DNA of 63,064 nt, filler included, from Octopus bimaculoides (taxonomy: Eukaryota), in the NCBI RefSeq assembly GCF_001194135.2. It is 6 parts of 6 records of this genome, joined end to end, with 100 filler letters (N's around TTAATTAATTAA, not from the genome) between each part and the next. Parts side by side here need not be neighbours in the genome. Positions count along the whole stretch, not along the records: positions 27,673 to 50,615 come from NC_069000.1; positions 50,716 to 58,244 come from NC_068981.1; 4 more parts are not named here. One strand, given 5' to 3'. This document shows, in pieces, positions 40,462 to 51,573 of this stretch. A program made the position numbers and the translations under genes. Under the pieces are notes generated by a model that saw nothing but the letters and a program-made list of their open reading frames with translations, had not been told where the DNA came from and did not search any database. The stretch's first letter is position 1, and every line of letters starts with the position of its first letter.

Positions 40462-42357
40462 CCGTGAGTTTACTGGTCGGACGTGTTATTACTAGCTGCG
40501 ATTTATTTTAGTATAACGCCACTATTGTTTGGTGGGCGTTGCTGAGATGGAGAAAATGAAGACGTATGCAGCAGCGACGGGGAGTCGAGCTTCCGTCGTC
40601 CCAGGCCTGCTGAAGCAATATGAAATACATTGGAATGAAGACATGGCTGAGAAAATTGGAAAATATAAAGAAATGATAAAGAAGGAGGGGCCAAACGTAA
40701 AGTTTGCCCTATCAGAGGAGAAAAAAATGGAAATTGGAGTCGTGGAATATAAATCCTTTCAAGGAAAAATAGAAGAATAGAGAGTGCAACGAAGGAGGAG
40801 GTGGAGGAGCGTTTGAAGGAATTGCAAGAAGATGTGTTGTTTTTTACAAGAGGCAAGACATACGCGTCTGTAGAGATCACATTTGTATCGGAGGAGGCAG
40901 CAAAGAAATACGCCAATAAGACGCTAGCTAAAGGAAATCGGATGCTCTTTCCCAATAAGTTGGGTAGACGTCCAACGTGGATTAGAGTGGGTAGGATCCC
41001 ACCGAAAATAGAGTTGGAATAGGTAATGGCAGCAGTTTTTCCTGAAAGAGAAGGAGAAGATGTAAGGACAATTATGATAAGCAGAACCCAACAATTTATT
41101 TGTTCGGGGTCTGGATTGAATGTGCTTTTTATAGCAAGTCAGAAAGTTTACAGTGACATACCAGAGACACTGGAACTGCCTAACGAGGACAAACTTGACA
41201 TAATGTTGGAGGGGAGACCTCCAAAGTGCTACGAACGTGGCAAAAGAGGTCACATTAGAAGAAGGTGCCCAGAAATAATAGAAAACAAAGAAATGGAAAC
41301 GCAAGAAGGCGTGATAGAGGAGAGGAATCAGTCACAGGAAGAAGAGCAGAGAGCTGATTTCGAGGAAGCTAAATCAACGAAGAGAGAAAGGAGGAGCTCA
41401 TCGCCGAAAGTCGAACAAGGGAAAAAATACAAATCACAGGATCAAGTGGGATCACTGAGGAAAGACGATAATAGCAGCAGAACATTACCACAGAACCATA
41501 CAATCTCACAATCGCACAGACAGAGATATACAGATGCATAAACACACAGACATACATACACTCGGAAGCGTAGAAGATAACGCAGAGTTGCAGAAACCTA
41601 AAAGCACAGAACCTGAAAACACAGACACAACATGCAGACCCACAGACAGATAAACACACACATATACAGTTACAAAGAAATATAGAAGAACAAACGCATG
41701 GNNNNNNNNNNNNNNNNNNNNNNNNNNNNNNNNNNNNNNNNNNNNNNNNNNNNNNNNNNNNNNNNNNNNNNNNNNNNNNNNNNNNNNNNNNNNNNNNNNN
41801 NNNNNNNNNNNNNNNNNNNNNNNNNNNNNNNNNNNNNNNNNNNNNNNNNNNNNNNNNNNNNNNNNNNNNNNNNNNNNNNNNNNNNNNNNNNNNNNNNNNN
41901 NNNNNNNNNNNNNNNNNNNNNNNNNNNNNNNNNNNNNNNNNNNNNNNNNNNNNNNNNNNNNNNNNNNNNNNNNNNNNNNNNNNNNNNNNNNNNNNNNNNN
42001 NNNNNNNNNNNNNNNNNNNNNNNNNNNNNNNNNNNNNNNNNNNNNNNNNNNNNNNNNNNNNNNNNNNNNNNNATGGTGAACTACGAGGAAATAAAAGACT
42101 ATATAAAATGGTGAGTAGTTTTATTTTGGATAAATTATTGAGATAATTTTGAAAAGTACTATCGGAGACTGTGAAAGGAACTATTAAGAACTGTTGAAAT
42201 AATTGAAATAACGCGGCCGCCCCGGGGTGGGGTTGGGGTGGCCGTCCCATCATCATCATTGTTTAATTTCATTGTTCCATTCTATCATGTGTTAATTCTC
42301 CTCGCATGTGTGTATTGTCCCATCTGTGTTTAGCCCCTTGTGGATAATAAAGAAATT
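40462..42357 (+). mobile_element. L1/Tx1-like non-LTR retrotransposon: broken gag-like ORF1 plus 3' end, interrupted by a gap
   Basis: ATG 40547 MEKMKTYAAA; ORF pieces 40547-40780, 40801-41022, 41026-41541; zinc knuckle CYE[R]GKRGHIRRRC at 41227-41268 (CGT one change from TGT); flanked by GGTATTTCGTCT at 40450-40461 and 42358-42369. Clade call is inference. Confidence 0.7.
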
Positions 42358-42522
42358 GGTATTTCGTCTGTCTTTACGTTCTGAGTTCAAATTCCGCCGA
42401 GGTCGACTTTACCTTTCATCCTTCGGGATCAATAAATTAAGTATGAGTTGCGTACTGGGGTCGATCTAATCGACTGGCTCCTTCCCCCAAAATTTCGGGC
42501 CTTGTGCCTAGAGTAGAAAAGA
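42358..42522 (+). mobile_element. SINE family B 3' part (continues the head at 40417-40461)
   Basis: Resumes at GGTATTTCGTCT and ends with the usual family B tail GGCCTTGTGCCTAGAGTAGAAAAGA. Confidence 0.85.
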
Positions 42523-42849
42523 TTTGTAATATCTTTACTGGAGAGAGCTTTGAGTTAGTTCAGTTGGAACGGTCATAAAGTGACAAAATTCTTTGGTTCA
42601 AAGACAGAAGCTTGTCCAACAAGAAATTGTATCAATTAAATTTCTTATCGTTGGCCTTTCACTTTGGGATGTTAGGTTTCTGTTTCTTCAGCCGTTAATG
42701 GAAATTCAATTCGGAAGCAACATGAAATACACGAATTAAATTTTGCTTGGTTATAAAACGTTTTTAATATATTGATTACCTAACTATCAAGTGTTGGCAC
42801 AAACAAGCTTAAACAAATTTTGGCTTCTATGCAACACCATAACCATTAG

Positions 42850-43375
42850 GCTACTGGGTCGATAAAATATGTAACAGTTGAGCAATGGGGTCGATGTAAT
42901 CGATTCCTTTCCTCCAGAATTGTTGGCCTGGTACCCCAAAATGAAACAATTATTTGGCGTGAAAAAGGTGTCGATCTGGCAGAATTGTTAGCTTGCTAGA
43001 CAAAATGCCTTGCGGTATTTCTTATGGTTTTACGTTCTGAGATGAAATTCCACAGAGGTCGACATTACCTTTCATCCCTTCGAGGTCAGTAAAATAAGTT
43101 CCCGTTTTCACTGGGGTCGACGTAATTGACTAGGCATTTCACCTATAATTGAGAGGATTATTATAAGGTGGCAAGCTGGCAGAATTGTTAGCGCGTCGGA
43201 GAAAAAGCTACACAATATTTCATCCGGCTTTTTACGTTCTGAGACCAAAAGCCACCGAGGTTCACTTTTACCTTTTGTCCTTTCGAGATCGATGAAATAC
43301 GTACAAGCTGAGCACTGAGGTCGATGTAATCGACTGCCCTCTCCTTTGGAAACTGCTAACCTTGTGCCAAACATT
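42850..43375 (+). mobile_element. Head-to-tail cluster of three diverged SINE family B copies
   Basis: Repeated GCTGGCAGAATTGTTAGC / TTACGTTCTGAG / GTCGATAAAAT..GTAC / GGGGTCGATGTAATCGA blocks. Confidence 0.75.
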
Positions 43376-43622
43376 ATAAATGTTTATAGTAATTGACTGG
43401 AAATCAATACAGTTCAAAAATAAGCGTGAAAAGTTAGTTCGGTGGCGTTTGCAGTTGGCAGTTTTCTTGATAATTTTTCTCCGTTAGCGAAATATTGACC
43501 GATATATCATATATGCTCCCCATCCTCTTTATTTTTCAGATTCCTATGTTTTCAACAACGGAAGTTGCGATTTGGGATGGAAGGGAAGAAAACTAGCTTT
43601 TTAAACATTTTAATTTACTTCA

Positions 43623-43968
43623 GTGGATGCGCAATGGCCCAGTGGTTAGGGCAGCGGACTCGTGGTCATAGGATCGCGGTTTCGTTGTCAGTGTTTATTG
43701 AGCGAAAACACCTAAAGCTCCACGAGGGTCCGGCAGGGGATGGTGGCGAATCCTGCTGTACTCTTTCACCACAACTTTCTCTCACTCTTACTTCCTGTTT
43801 CTGTTGTGCCTGTAATTCAAAGGGTCAGCCTTGTCACATTGTGTCACGCTGAATATCCCCGAGAACTACGTTAAGGGTACACGTGTCTGTGGAGTGCTCA
43901 GCCACTTGCACGTTAATTTCACGAGCAGGCTGTTCCGTTGATCGGATCAACTGGAACCCTCCACGTCG
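43623..43968 (+). mobile_element. SINE family A, cut by gap
   Basis: Same family. Confidence 0.9.
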
Positions 43969-44903
43969 NNNNNNNNNNNNNNNNNNNNNNNNNNNNNNNN
44001 NNNNNNNNNNNNNNNNNNNNNNNNNNNNNNNNNNNNNNNNNNNNNNNNNNNNNNNNNNNNNNNNNNNNNNNNNNNNNNNNNNNNNNNNNNNNNNNNNNNN
44101 NNNNNNNNNNNNNNNNNNNNNNNNNNNNNNNNNNNNNNNNNNNNNNNNNNNNNNNNNNNNNNNNNNNNNNNNNNNNNNNNNNNNNNNNNNNNNNNNNNNN
44201 NNNNNNNNNNNNNNNNNNNNNNNNNNNNNNNNNNNNNNNNNNNNNNNNNNNNNNNNNNNNNNNNNNNNNNNNNNNNNNNNNNNNNNNNNNNNNNNNNNNN
44301 NNNNNNNNNNNNNNNNNNNNNNNNNNNNNNNNNNNNNNNNNNNNNNNNNNNNNTTTGGTACCGAAACACTTTCAAACTTCGTATACTTGTATATTTTGTA
44401 TTATAGAACAGATAAAAAATTTTGTATTCGAAGTTATTTCATGTAAAAAGTTGTCGTATTTCGGTAATTTCAACCAATCACTGACGTTTATTGAGGTGAA
44501 AACAATTAATGCCGTGGAATGTAAACAACGGTGTCATGGGATCTTTTCCCTTGAATAAAATTAGTGCCGTTGTTTTGCCCGTCAAACCAAAAAGATCCTA
44601 TTTTAGGATTTTTTTTTTCTGGGTTTTTTTGGTTGTTTTTTTTTTGCCAAATAACCACAATCACTTTATATTCATTTATTCTTATTTTAGTGTCCTTTGT
44701 CTGAAATTTAGAATGGATTAAACAGAACTGGAGGAGACACGTGGGATGGAGAACTGTTGAAGAGGTCACAGGACATGTGACAAAAGATTTCAGACAAAGG
44801 ACTCTAAAATAAAAATAATAATAATAATAATAATAATGCTGAAGTGAAGAACGAGAATACACTATGTATAGTCGTTTGACAAAAAAAGAAAAGAAAAAAG
44901 AAT

Positions 44904-44980
44904 ATGACCATCCCCATATATAACAATATGTTTCAACACACGATTTCACATCAAGAATCTTGCAAAACAAATACATAAGC
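44904..44980 (+). repeat. Interspersed repeat segment shared with 62764-62840
   Basis: ATGACCA.CCC..TATAACAATAT.GTTTCAACACACGATTTCACA.CAAGAATC..GCAAAACAAATACATAA occurs at both loci; class unknown. Confidence 0.75.
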
Positions 44981-44984
44981 ATAA

Positions 44985-45655
44985 ATTACTTTTTATTTTT
45001 CACTTGTTTCAGTCATTAGACTGTGGCCATGCTGGGGCACCGCCTTGAAGAACTTTTAGTCAAATGAATCAACCCTAGTACAAATTCTTTTTGTTTTGTT
45101 TTTTTAAGCCTGGAACTGATTCTATCAGTCTCTTTTTGCCAAACCACTAGGTTACAGGGACGTAAACACACCATCATCGGTTGTCAAATGGTGGTGGGGT
45201 CAAACACAGGCACAAAGACACACATCATAATCATCATCATCATCATTTAACGTCCGTTTTTCATGCTGGCATGGGTTGGATGGCTTGACAGGAACTGGCA
45301 AGGCTAAGGGCTGCACCATGTCGCATAGTCTATTTTGGTTTAGTTTCTACTATTAGATTCTCTTTCTAATGTCAAGCACTTTATAGAGTGTACTGGGTGC
45401 TTTTTACGTGGCACCATCACCCATGCTTTTTACGTGGCACCAGCTCCAGTGCTTTTTACATGGCACCATTGCTATTTATGTGACACCAACATCAGTGCTT
45501 TTCACATGGCACTAGCACCAACACCAATGCTGACAGTCTTTTTCAGTTTCCCTCTACCAAATCCATTCACAAGGCTTTGGTCAACCTGAGGCAATAGTAG
45601 AAGACACTTGCCCAAGGTGCCATGCATGTGGTTGGGAAGCAAGCTTCTTACCATG
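44985..45655 (-). mobile_element. SINE family D split by a nested (ATG)n-tailed RTE-like repeat (about 45226-45535)
   Basis: Family D 3' half at 44985-45225 and 5' half at 45535-45655 flank an element also seen at about 46978-47085, 50385-50615 and 35185-35310. Confidence 0.75.
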
Positions 45656-45674
45656 TAATATTTTTTTTATTACT

Positions 45675-45931
45675 AAACCAAAAGAATTCAAGTTCTAAGA
45701 AATAATACATGTTGATGGTTTGTACTTTCACTTTGTATTTTAATATTTCTGTGTTAGGACCCATTCTTCTGGAAATCGTCAAAGAAATGGTCAATCAGCT
45801 CACAACACCATAACACCATTTCATCAAAGATTTCCTGAAGAAGGGCTTCTGACCCTGAAATGCTGAAATACAAAGTAAAAGTGCAAACTATCAACTTGTA
45901 TTGTTTCTTATAACTTGCATTCTTTTGGTTT
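45675..45931. repeat. 66-bp inverted repeat enclosing a hammerhead-like motif
   Basis: Arms 45675-45740 and 45866-45931 are 59/66 complementary. Confidence 0.9.
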
Positions 45932-46030
45932 TATATAAAAAGAAAATAATAATTGAAGACATTTATATATATATATATTAGACAATACTTCATGCAAACT
46001 ATACTACTCAAATATAAAGATGTTATTTAA

Positions 46031-46261
46031 CCCTTTAGCATTTAACCCTTTAGCATTTAAACTGGCCATATCCAGCCAAATTATTCTTCCCAATTTTATG
46101 TTCAAACTAGCCAAATCCAGCCTTTCACAATTACAATGTTAGTCCAAAAAAGATACAGTCACATAATGAAAATCTTGAGGCTACAAGAAAATGCAGGATA
46201 AATTCAAACATTGTGAATAGTTAAGTGTTACATTTAATAGAATAATCTGAATTCTAAAGGG
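46031..46261. mobile_element. piggyBac-type MITE, followed by a truncated second copy to about 46410
   Basis: TTAA|CCCTTTAGCATT ... AATTCTAAAGGG|TTAA; the left end is tandemly duplicated (15 bp). Confidence 0.8.
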
Positions 46262-46478
46262 TTAAACTGACTCAGATATTCTACTTGTTTTATGTTTGAA
46301 CTGGCCAGAACCAGCCTCTCACACTTACCCTACAATGTCATTCTCAAAACACACAAGATAATGCATGCTTAATTCAAAACAATGTAAATAAATAACAGAG
46401 TAATCTGAATTCTAATGAAATTCACCCTTAAGACATCATTTTAGATATGTATATATATTTTTTTATTTTATTTTCAAG

Positions 46479-46657
46479 GCAGATAATATCAGTGTCATGA
46501 CTAGCACCCATGCTTGCAGTAAACCAATTTTTATTTCAAGTTGTTGCACATTTGCTCATGCAACCAGAAACATTTATTCAACAAATTTCTCACTGCCTAG
46601 CATCTTCACTGCACGATCTTTTTGCACAGATACCAGTTCTTCATCTGAATGCTACAG
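46479..46657 (+). CDS. TMEM143: TMEM143-like, coding exon 2
   Basis: ttttcaag acceptor, ADNISVMTSTHACSKPIFISSCCTFAHATRNIYSTNFSLPSIFTARSFCTDTSSSSECY(R), AG|GTATTT donor; phase 2 end joins exon 3 to give YREHYIP. Confidence 0.7.
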
Positions 46658-47959
46658 GTATTTTTTATCTTACTTGATCATTCTTTGTTTCTATTCTTTC
46701 GTTTTGTTTTTTACATAATTCATTTAGGAGAAGGTGCCCCCGACCTTTGCACACATTCCTCCCTGCTTCACAAGGTCGGTGAGTTTGATGCAGTTGATGC
46801 TCACTTTGAACATCTGTAAGTCAACATCAACAGAGAAACACGTAGGCTGGAAAGTGAATCTAGAAAGTTTACAGGCATAGCTATGTGGCTAGGAAGCTTG
46901 CTTTTGCAACCATGGGGTTTTGGGTTACCTTGAGTAAATATCTACTATAGCCCTAGGCCAATTGACGCTTTGTGGGCATCATTTAATGTCTGTTTTCCAT
47001 GCTGGCATGGGTTGGACAGTTTGACAGGAGCTGGCAAGCCAGAAGGATATGCCAGCATGGACTACAGACGATAAAAGATGATGATGATATATACAACAAG
47101 CTTCCACATAGTTTCTTTCTATGAAATTCACTCACAAAGTATTGGTCAATCTAGGGCTATAGTGGAAAACATTTGCCTAAAGTGCTATGCAGTAGGACTG
47201 CACCCAAAACCATGTAGTTCCAAAATAAGCTTCTTAACTACACAATCATGACTGCACCGATATCATGTTCTCTCTCATACTTTGACTGGCAGAGATACAA
47301 TAGGATGGGATAATATACAATCTATTGATATCTGTTACTTGTCTTCATCAACATTCACACTTTTATGTTTGCAGAATTTAGATTCACATAATCCCCATTG
47401 CATTTCTGAATTTCTTTCACAGTCTTGCATTTCTTTTGCTGCTAGTGCTAGTTTCTGTCGCTTTATTTAATCTTATATTGCTGGTGAGAAAGGCATGCTG
47501 TTTTTCTTCTATGAATCTGAAGTTTCAGCTCCATAAAAAAAATTGTACATTAACACTTTGTCTGCCCAAAGCATTTTCATAAGTTTGTACTCAACATTGT
47601 CCTTCTTTTCAAACTTTTAGTTACCTCTTCTGGATAATATAAAGCTTTCCTTTCATAAATCCCAAGTTACTTTGATGATTGTATCATATATGATTCATAA
47701 ATGCCAGGGAAATATTGTCCAAACAGCATACTTCTTTTTGTACAGAAAGAAAATTAGGGTTAATTTTCTTAAAAGTAGCCACTGTACAGTGATGTGACTG
47801 TACAAGTTTTGTACAGTGATGTCACTAAAGGATTGATGACGACAAACTAATAATGAGTTTTCAGTAATATTTCTAGGGCCCTATCATGATGACATAACTA
47901 GTGTTGGAGATAGACTTTGTATTTGAATAGAGGTTATGGCTTAGGGTAACTGAAGAAGT

Positions 47960-48365
47960 TTGTCATTTGTCTTTTACTTGTTTCAATGGGCTGCAACCAT
48001 ACTAGGGTACCATCTTGAAGTGTTTAATCAAACAAATCACCAACAGTACTTACTTTTCTTAAGCTGATGTTTATTTTATTAATCTCTTCTGCTGAGTTGC
48101 TATGTTATGGGCATGTAAGCAAACCAACATCAATAGTCAAGCAGTGGCGAAGGACAAAGACAAGCACAAAGTCACACACACATATGCACATGCATGTGCG
48201 CACACACACACACATACACAGGCTTCTTTCAGTTTCTGTCCACCAAATCCACTCACAAGATTTTGGTTGGCTCAAAGCAATTGTTGGAGACACTTACCCA
48301 AGGTGCCACACCATGGGACTGAACCTAGAACTATGTGGCTATGAAACAAACTTCTTACCACTAAG
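47960..48365 (-). mobile_element. SINE family D, full diverged copy
   Basis: Reverse complement of the 30318-30690 family, with central (CA)n. Partial copies at about 690-915, 4920-5075, 8939-9218, 12215-12380, 17725-17930, 25005-25130, 25470-25655, 27265-27460, 28880-29010, 46868-46975, 47090-47270. Confidence 0.8.
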
Positions 48366-49349
48366 GCTTCACCCATATAGACATGTAAGTTTTCAATCTA
48401 AACACATTACAGGTAATTAGGTTCTTAATAAAAAGAAGGCAGAGAGTATGTAGATGACAGAACTTTGAAAGTTGAAGGGACATATTGGGGGTTTTCTTGA
48501 AGAAATATTTTACAGCAAGATGCCCTTCTTACAAACACTATTAGTCACTTATTCTAAAACCAGGAAATGCAGTAATGTGTGATAATGGTTTCAAATTTTA
48601 GCATAAGGCCATCAGTTTTAAGGAAGTGGGTAAGCTGATTACCTTAACCCCAGTATTTAGTTGGTACTTAATTTATCAACTCCCAAAAGGATGAAAAACA
48701 AAGTCAACCTTTTGAAATTTTGACCCTGAACAGTAAAAGCAGGAAGAAATGCTTCTAAGCTTTTTGTCTGACATGCTAATGATTCTATCAGCTCACCGCC
48801 TCATTATGCATGATAATAAATCATTTAATTAATTAGAGCTGACTGGAAGTCAGTATCTCTGACTTTTAAACTATGACATTTCTTATAAAATGTTGATTTC
48901 CATAGCTCTAGCTGTCCATATTTGGCAGAGGTAACAAGAAATATCTATTATATATTGCACTGTTATGTAGTTAAATGAAAAATAAAAAAGATGTCTAAAA
49001 TACACAAAACGTACCTAATATTTCTTGCATTAAAAATGAATTTGTTTGGAATCTTAATCTAGAATCCAATCAGGCGTGGTTTGGGACATAAGTAATTAAT
49101 AATTCATTTTGATGCAATCAGATACTTACATCAAACCTTACAAAAGAAAGGTGTTAAATAAATAATGAAGATTTACAGAGCAACTGCAACCCATTCAACT
49201 AAAAGAAACTAAGTGATAAACTGTTAGTTTTGTTTTTGGCGATACAGGGATTCATCATTACTTTATGAGATCCTAACTTAATAATAATAATATGTAAGCA
49301 AGAATATATATGATCACATATATTAACTGCTGTTGTAGTTTGGCATTGT

Positions 49350-49775
49350 GGAACAACTTCTCCTTTCAGATAAATGTGTTTTCATAACACACTTGATTCA
49401 TAAGTATAAGGAGACTTTAGGACACCCTGGGTTTTGACTCCATTGTGTCACCTCAGCCAAAGCTACCCTTGATTAATGAATCTAACAAGAGTTTGTGCCT
49501 CTTATTTATGCATTCAGCAAATAGTTTATTTACTGATGCATCCTTATATCTGCCAACTGATAATAAATCACCATATACACAATGAACGGTGAGAATCAGA
49601 TGTGTATATGCTATCAGATGTGTATATGCTAATCACTATTGTATTTCACTTCATCACAGGAGAACAACTTCTTTGAGGTAAATGTGTGTTCATAATACAC
49701 TTGATTCATAAGGGTAAGGGGACTTTGGAATACTCAGTGTTTCAACCTCATTATATCTCCTCTCCTCAGCCAAAG
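49350..49775 (+). repeat. Diverged direct repeat of about 115 bp (49350-49464 and 49662-49775) with an 18-bp tandem duplication between
   Basis: Shared GAACAACTTCT...TAAATGTGT.TTCATAA.ACACTTGATTCATAAG...GACTTT...CCTCAGCCAAAG. Confidence 0.8.
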
Positions 49776-49950
49776 TTATTTACAACATTTAGTTTTAGAG
49801 GGGAAAACTTTTTCAGCTCTCCATCTTACAATCTATTTGAGGCTATGTAAGTGTAGTTTCTTTTTGTTTCTTAAAATATTACCATTTTAATTTGCTCTAA
49901 ATGAAAAATGTTGGTTTAAATTTGTTATGAATTCTGTTTTACTTTTTTAG

Positions 49951-50110
49951 AGAACACTATATCCCAATTACACGTTACTCTGTCATTCAACATCTTATGC
50001 ACAATGGAAACCTACTGCAGGCTGATGTTCATGGAGAATTTGTAGAATTTTCTCTAGCCCTTGATAATGTCATCGTTACTAAATATCAAGGGGTTTTGCA
50101 AGATATTAAG
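49951..50110 (+). CDS. TMEM143: TMEM143-like (DUF3754 family), coding exon 3; later exons not found before the scaffold break
   Basis: acttttttag acceptor, (R)EHYIPITRYSVIQHLMHNGNLLQADVHGEFVEFSLALDNVIVTKYQGVLQDIK, AG|GTAAAT donor; resembles the TMEM143 conserved N-terminal block (ERFIP...F...LD..I...Y...L..LK), recognised from memory. Confidence 0.8.
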
Positions 50111-51538
50111 GTAAATAAAACATCATTTTAGATTATCAACATTATTCAAATTTCTTTTTTTTTTTTTTTTATTCTCAAATTGGTTGGTGGTATCTGCAAT
50201 GAAACATTCTATGTAATCTCTTCAAGTCTGATGTCATATCATCTCAAGTTTTCTTTGGCCTACCTTGGCCTATTCTTGCGTCATTAATATGTAGGGTGAC
50301 CACATTTTTTAATACACACCCAAGGCAGAAAAGAATCTCAGTTTGCAAAATCAAAAACATACAAATGTACATAGACATGCATATCATCATCATCATCATC
50401 ATTGTTTAAAGTCCGCTTTCCATGCTAGCATGGGTTGGACGATTTGACTGAGGACTGGTGAAACCGGATGGCAACACCAGGCTCCAGTCTAATTTGGCAG
50501 AGTTTCTACAGCTGGATGCCCTTCCTAACGCCAACCACTCAGAGAGTGTAGTGGGTGCTTTTACGTGTCACCCGCACGAAAACGGCCACGCTCGAAATGG
50601 TGTCTTTTATGTGCCNNNNNNNNNNNNNNNNNNNNNNNNNNNNNNNNNNNNNNNNNNNNTTAATTAATTAANNNNNNNNNNNNNNNNNNNNNNNNNNNNN
50701 NNNNNNNNNNNNNNNATATATATATATATATATATAATCAGCTTGTATATTTCCATATATACACTTTCCTATATACTGTCTACGTGGATGTGAATGCATG
50801 TGAGTGACGAGTGTGTGTGTGTATGTGAATGTTCGTGCCTGTATGTGTGTGGCTTTGTAATATGTGTGTGTGCGTGTGCCGGGATGTGCGTGTAAATGAG
50901 TTGAACGCGTAAATGAGTTGATTATTGAAATTTGGCACCGCATCAGAGTCGATATTTAACACTGTATATCTGCCATGGGTAAGGATTAGTCGAATATATC
51001 CACTTATATATACAATTAGTCCATCAGTTATATAATTGACAATTATTTTATTGCTAGGCAGTAATTAATGATGTCTACACGAAATTAACATTGAAAAGTC
51101 GTCCGATATTCCGGTTAAGTTTCATTCATCAAATTTGACTAAATTACATTATCATTTTTTTCTCATAGAATTTGGCTACTTTTATTTTCATTTTTACACT
51201 TCAAAGGATTATTTTATTGTTAATGTGTTGGTCAATAATTCAATAGCTTCATAAACATAGAGAAACATGGTTGATTCATTATTAACACTGACAGAAACAT
51301 AACTGCTCTACTAAGTAACAAACAGTTGTTGGTGTTAAATTTATATACCTTTGATAATAATATAATGCGACGACGAACAAATCGTTACATATTAACGCTT
51401 TTCCAATACTTGGGGAGCCAATTCAACGTACTGGCAATGTGCATACATACACATAACCCCACACACACACACTCACACATACACACATCTGTATGTGTTT
51501 ATATTTGTGTGTGTCTGTGTTGTCTGTGTATATATATG

Positions 51539-51573
<35 letters not shown>

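Noticed and set aside
50440-50475. CTGAGGA-CTGGT-GAAA as a hammerhead
   Set aside because: No stem II possible in 5 nt; part of the (ATG)n-tailed repeat.
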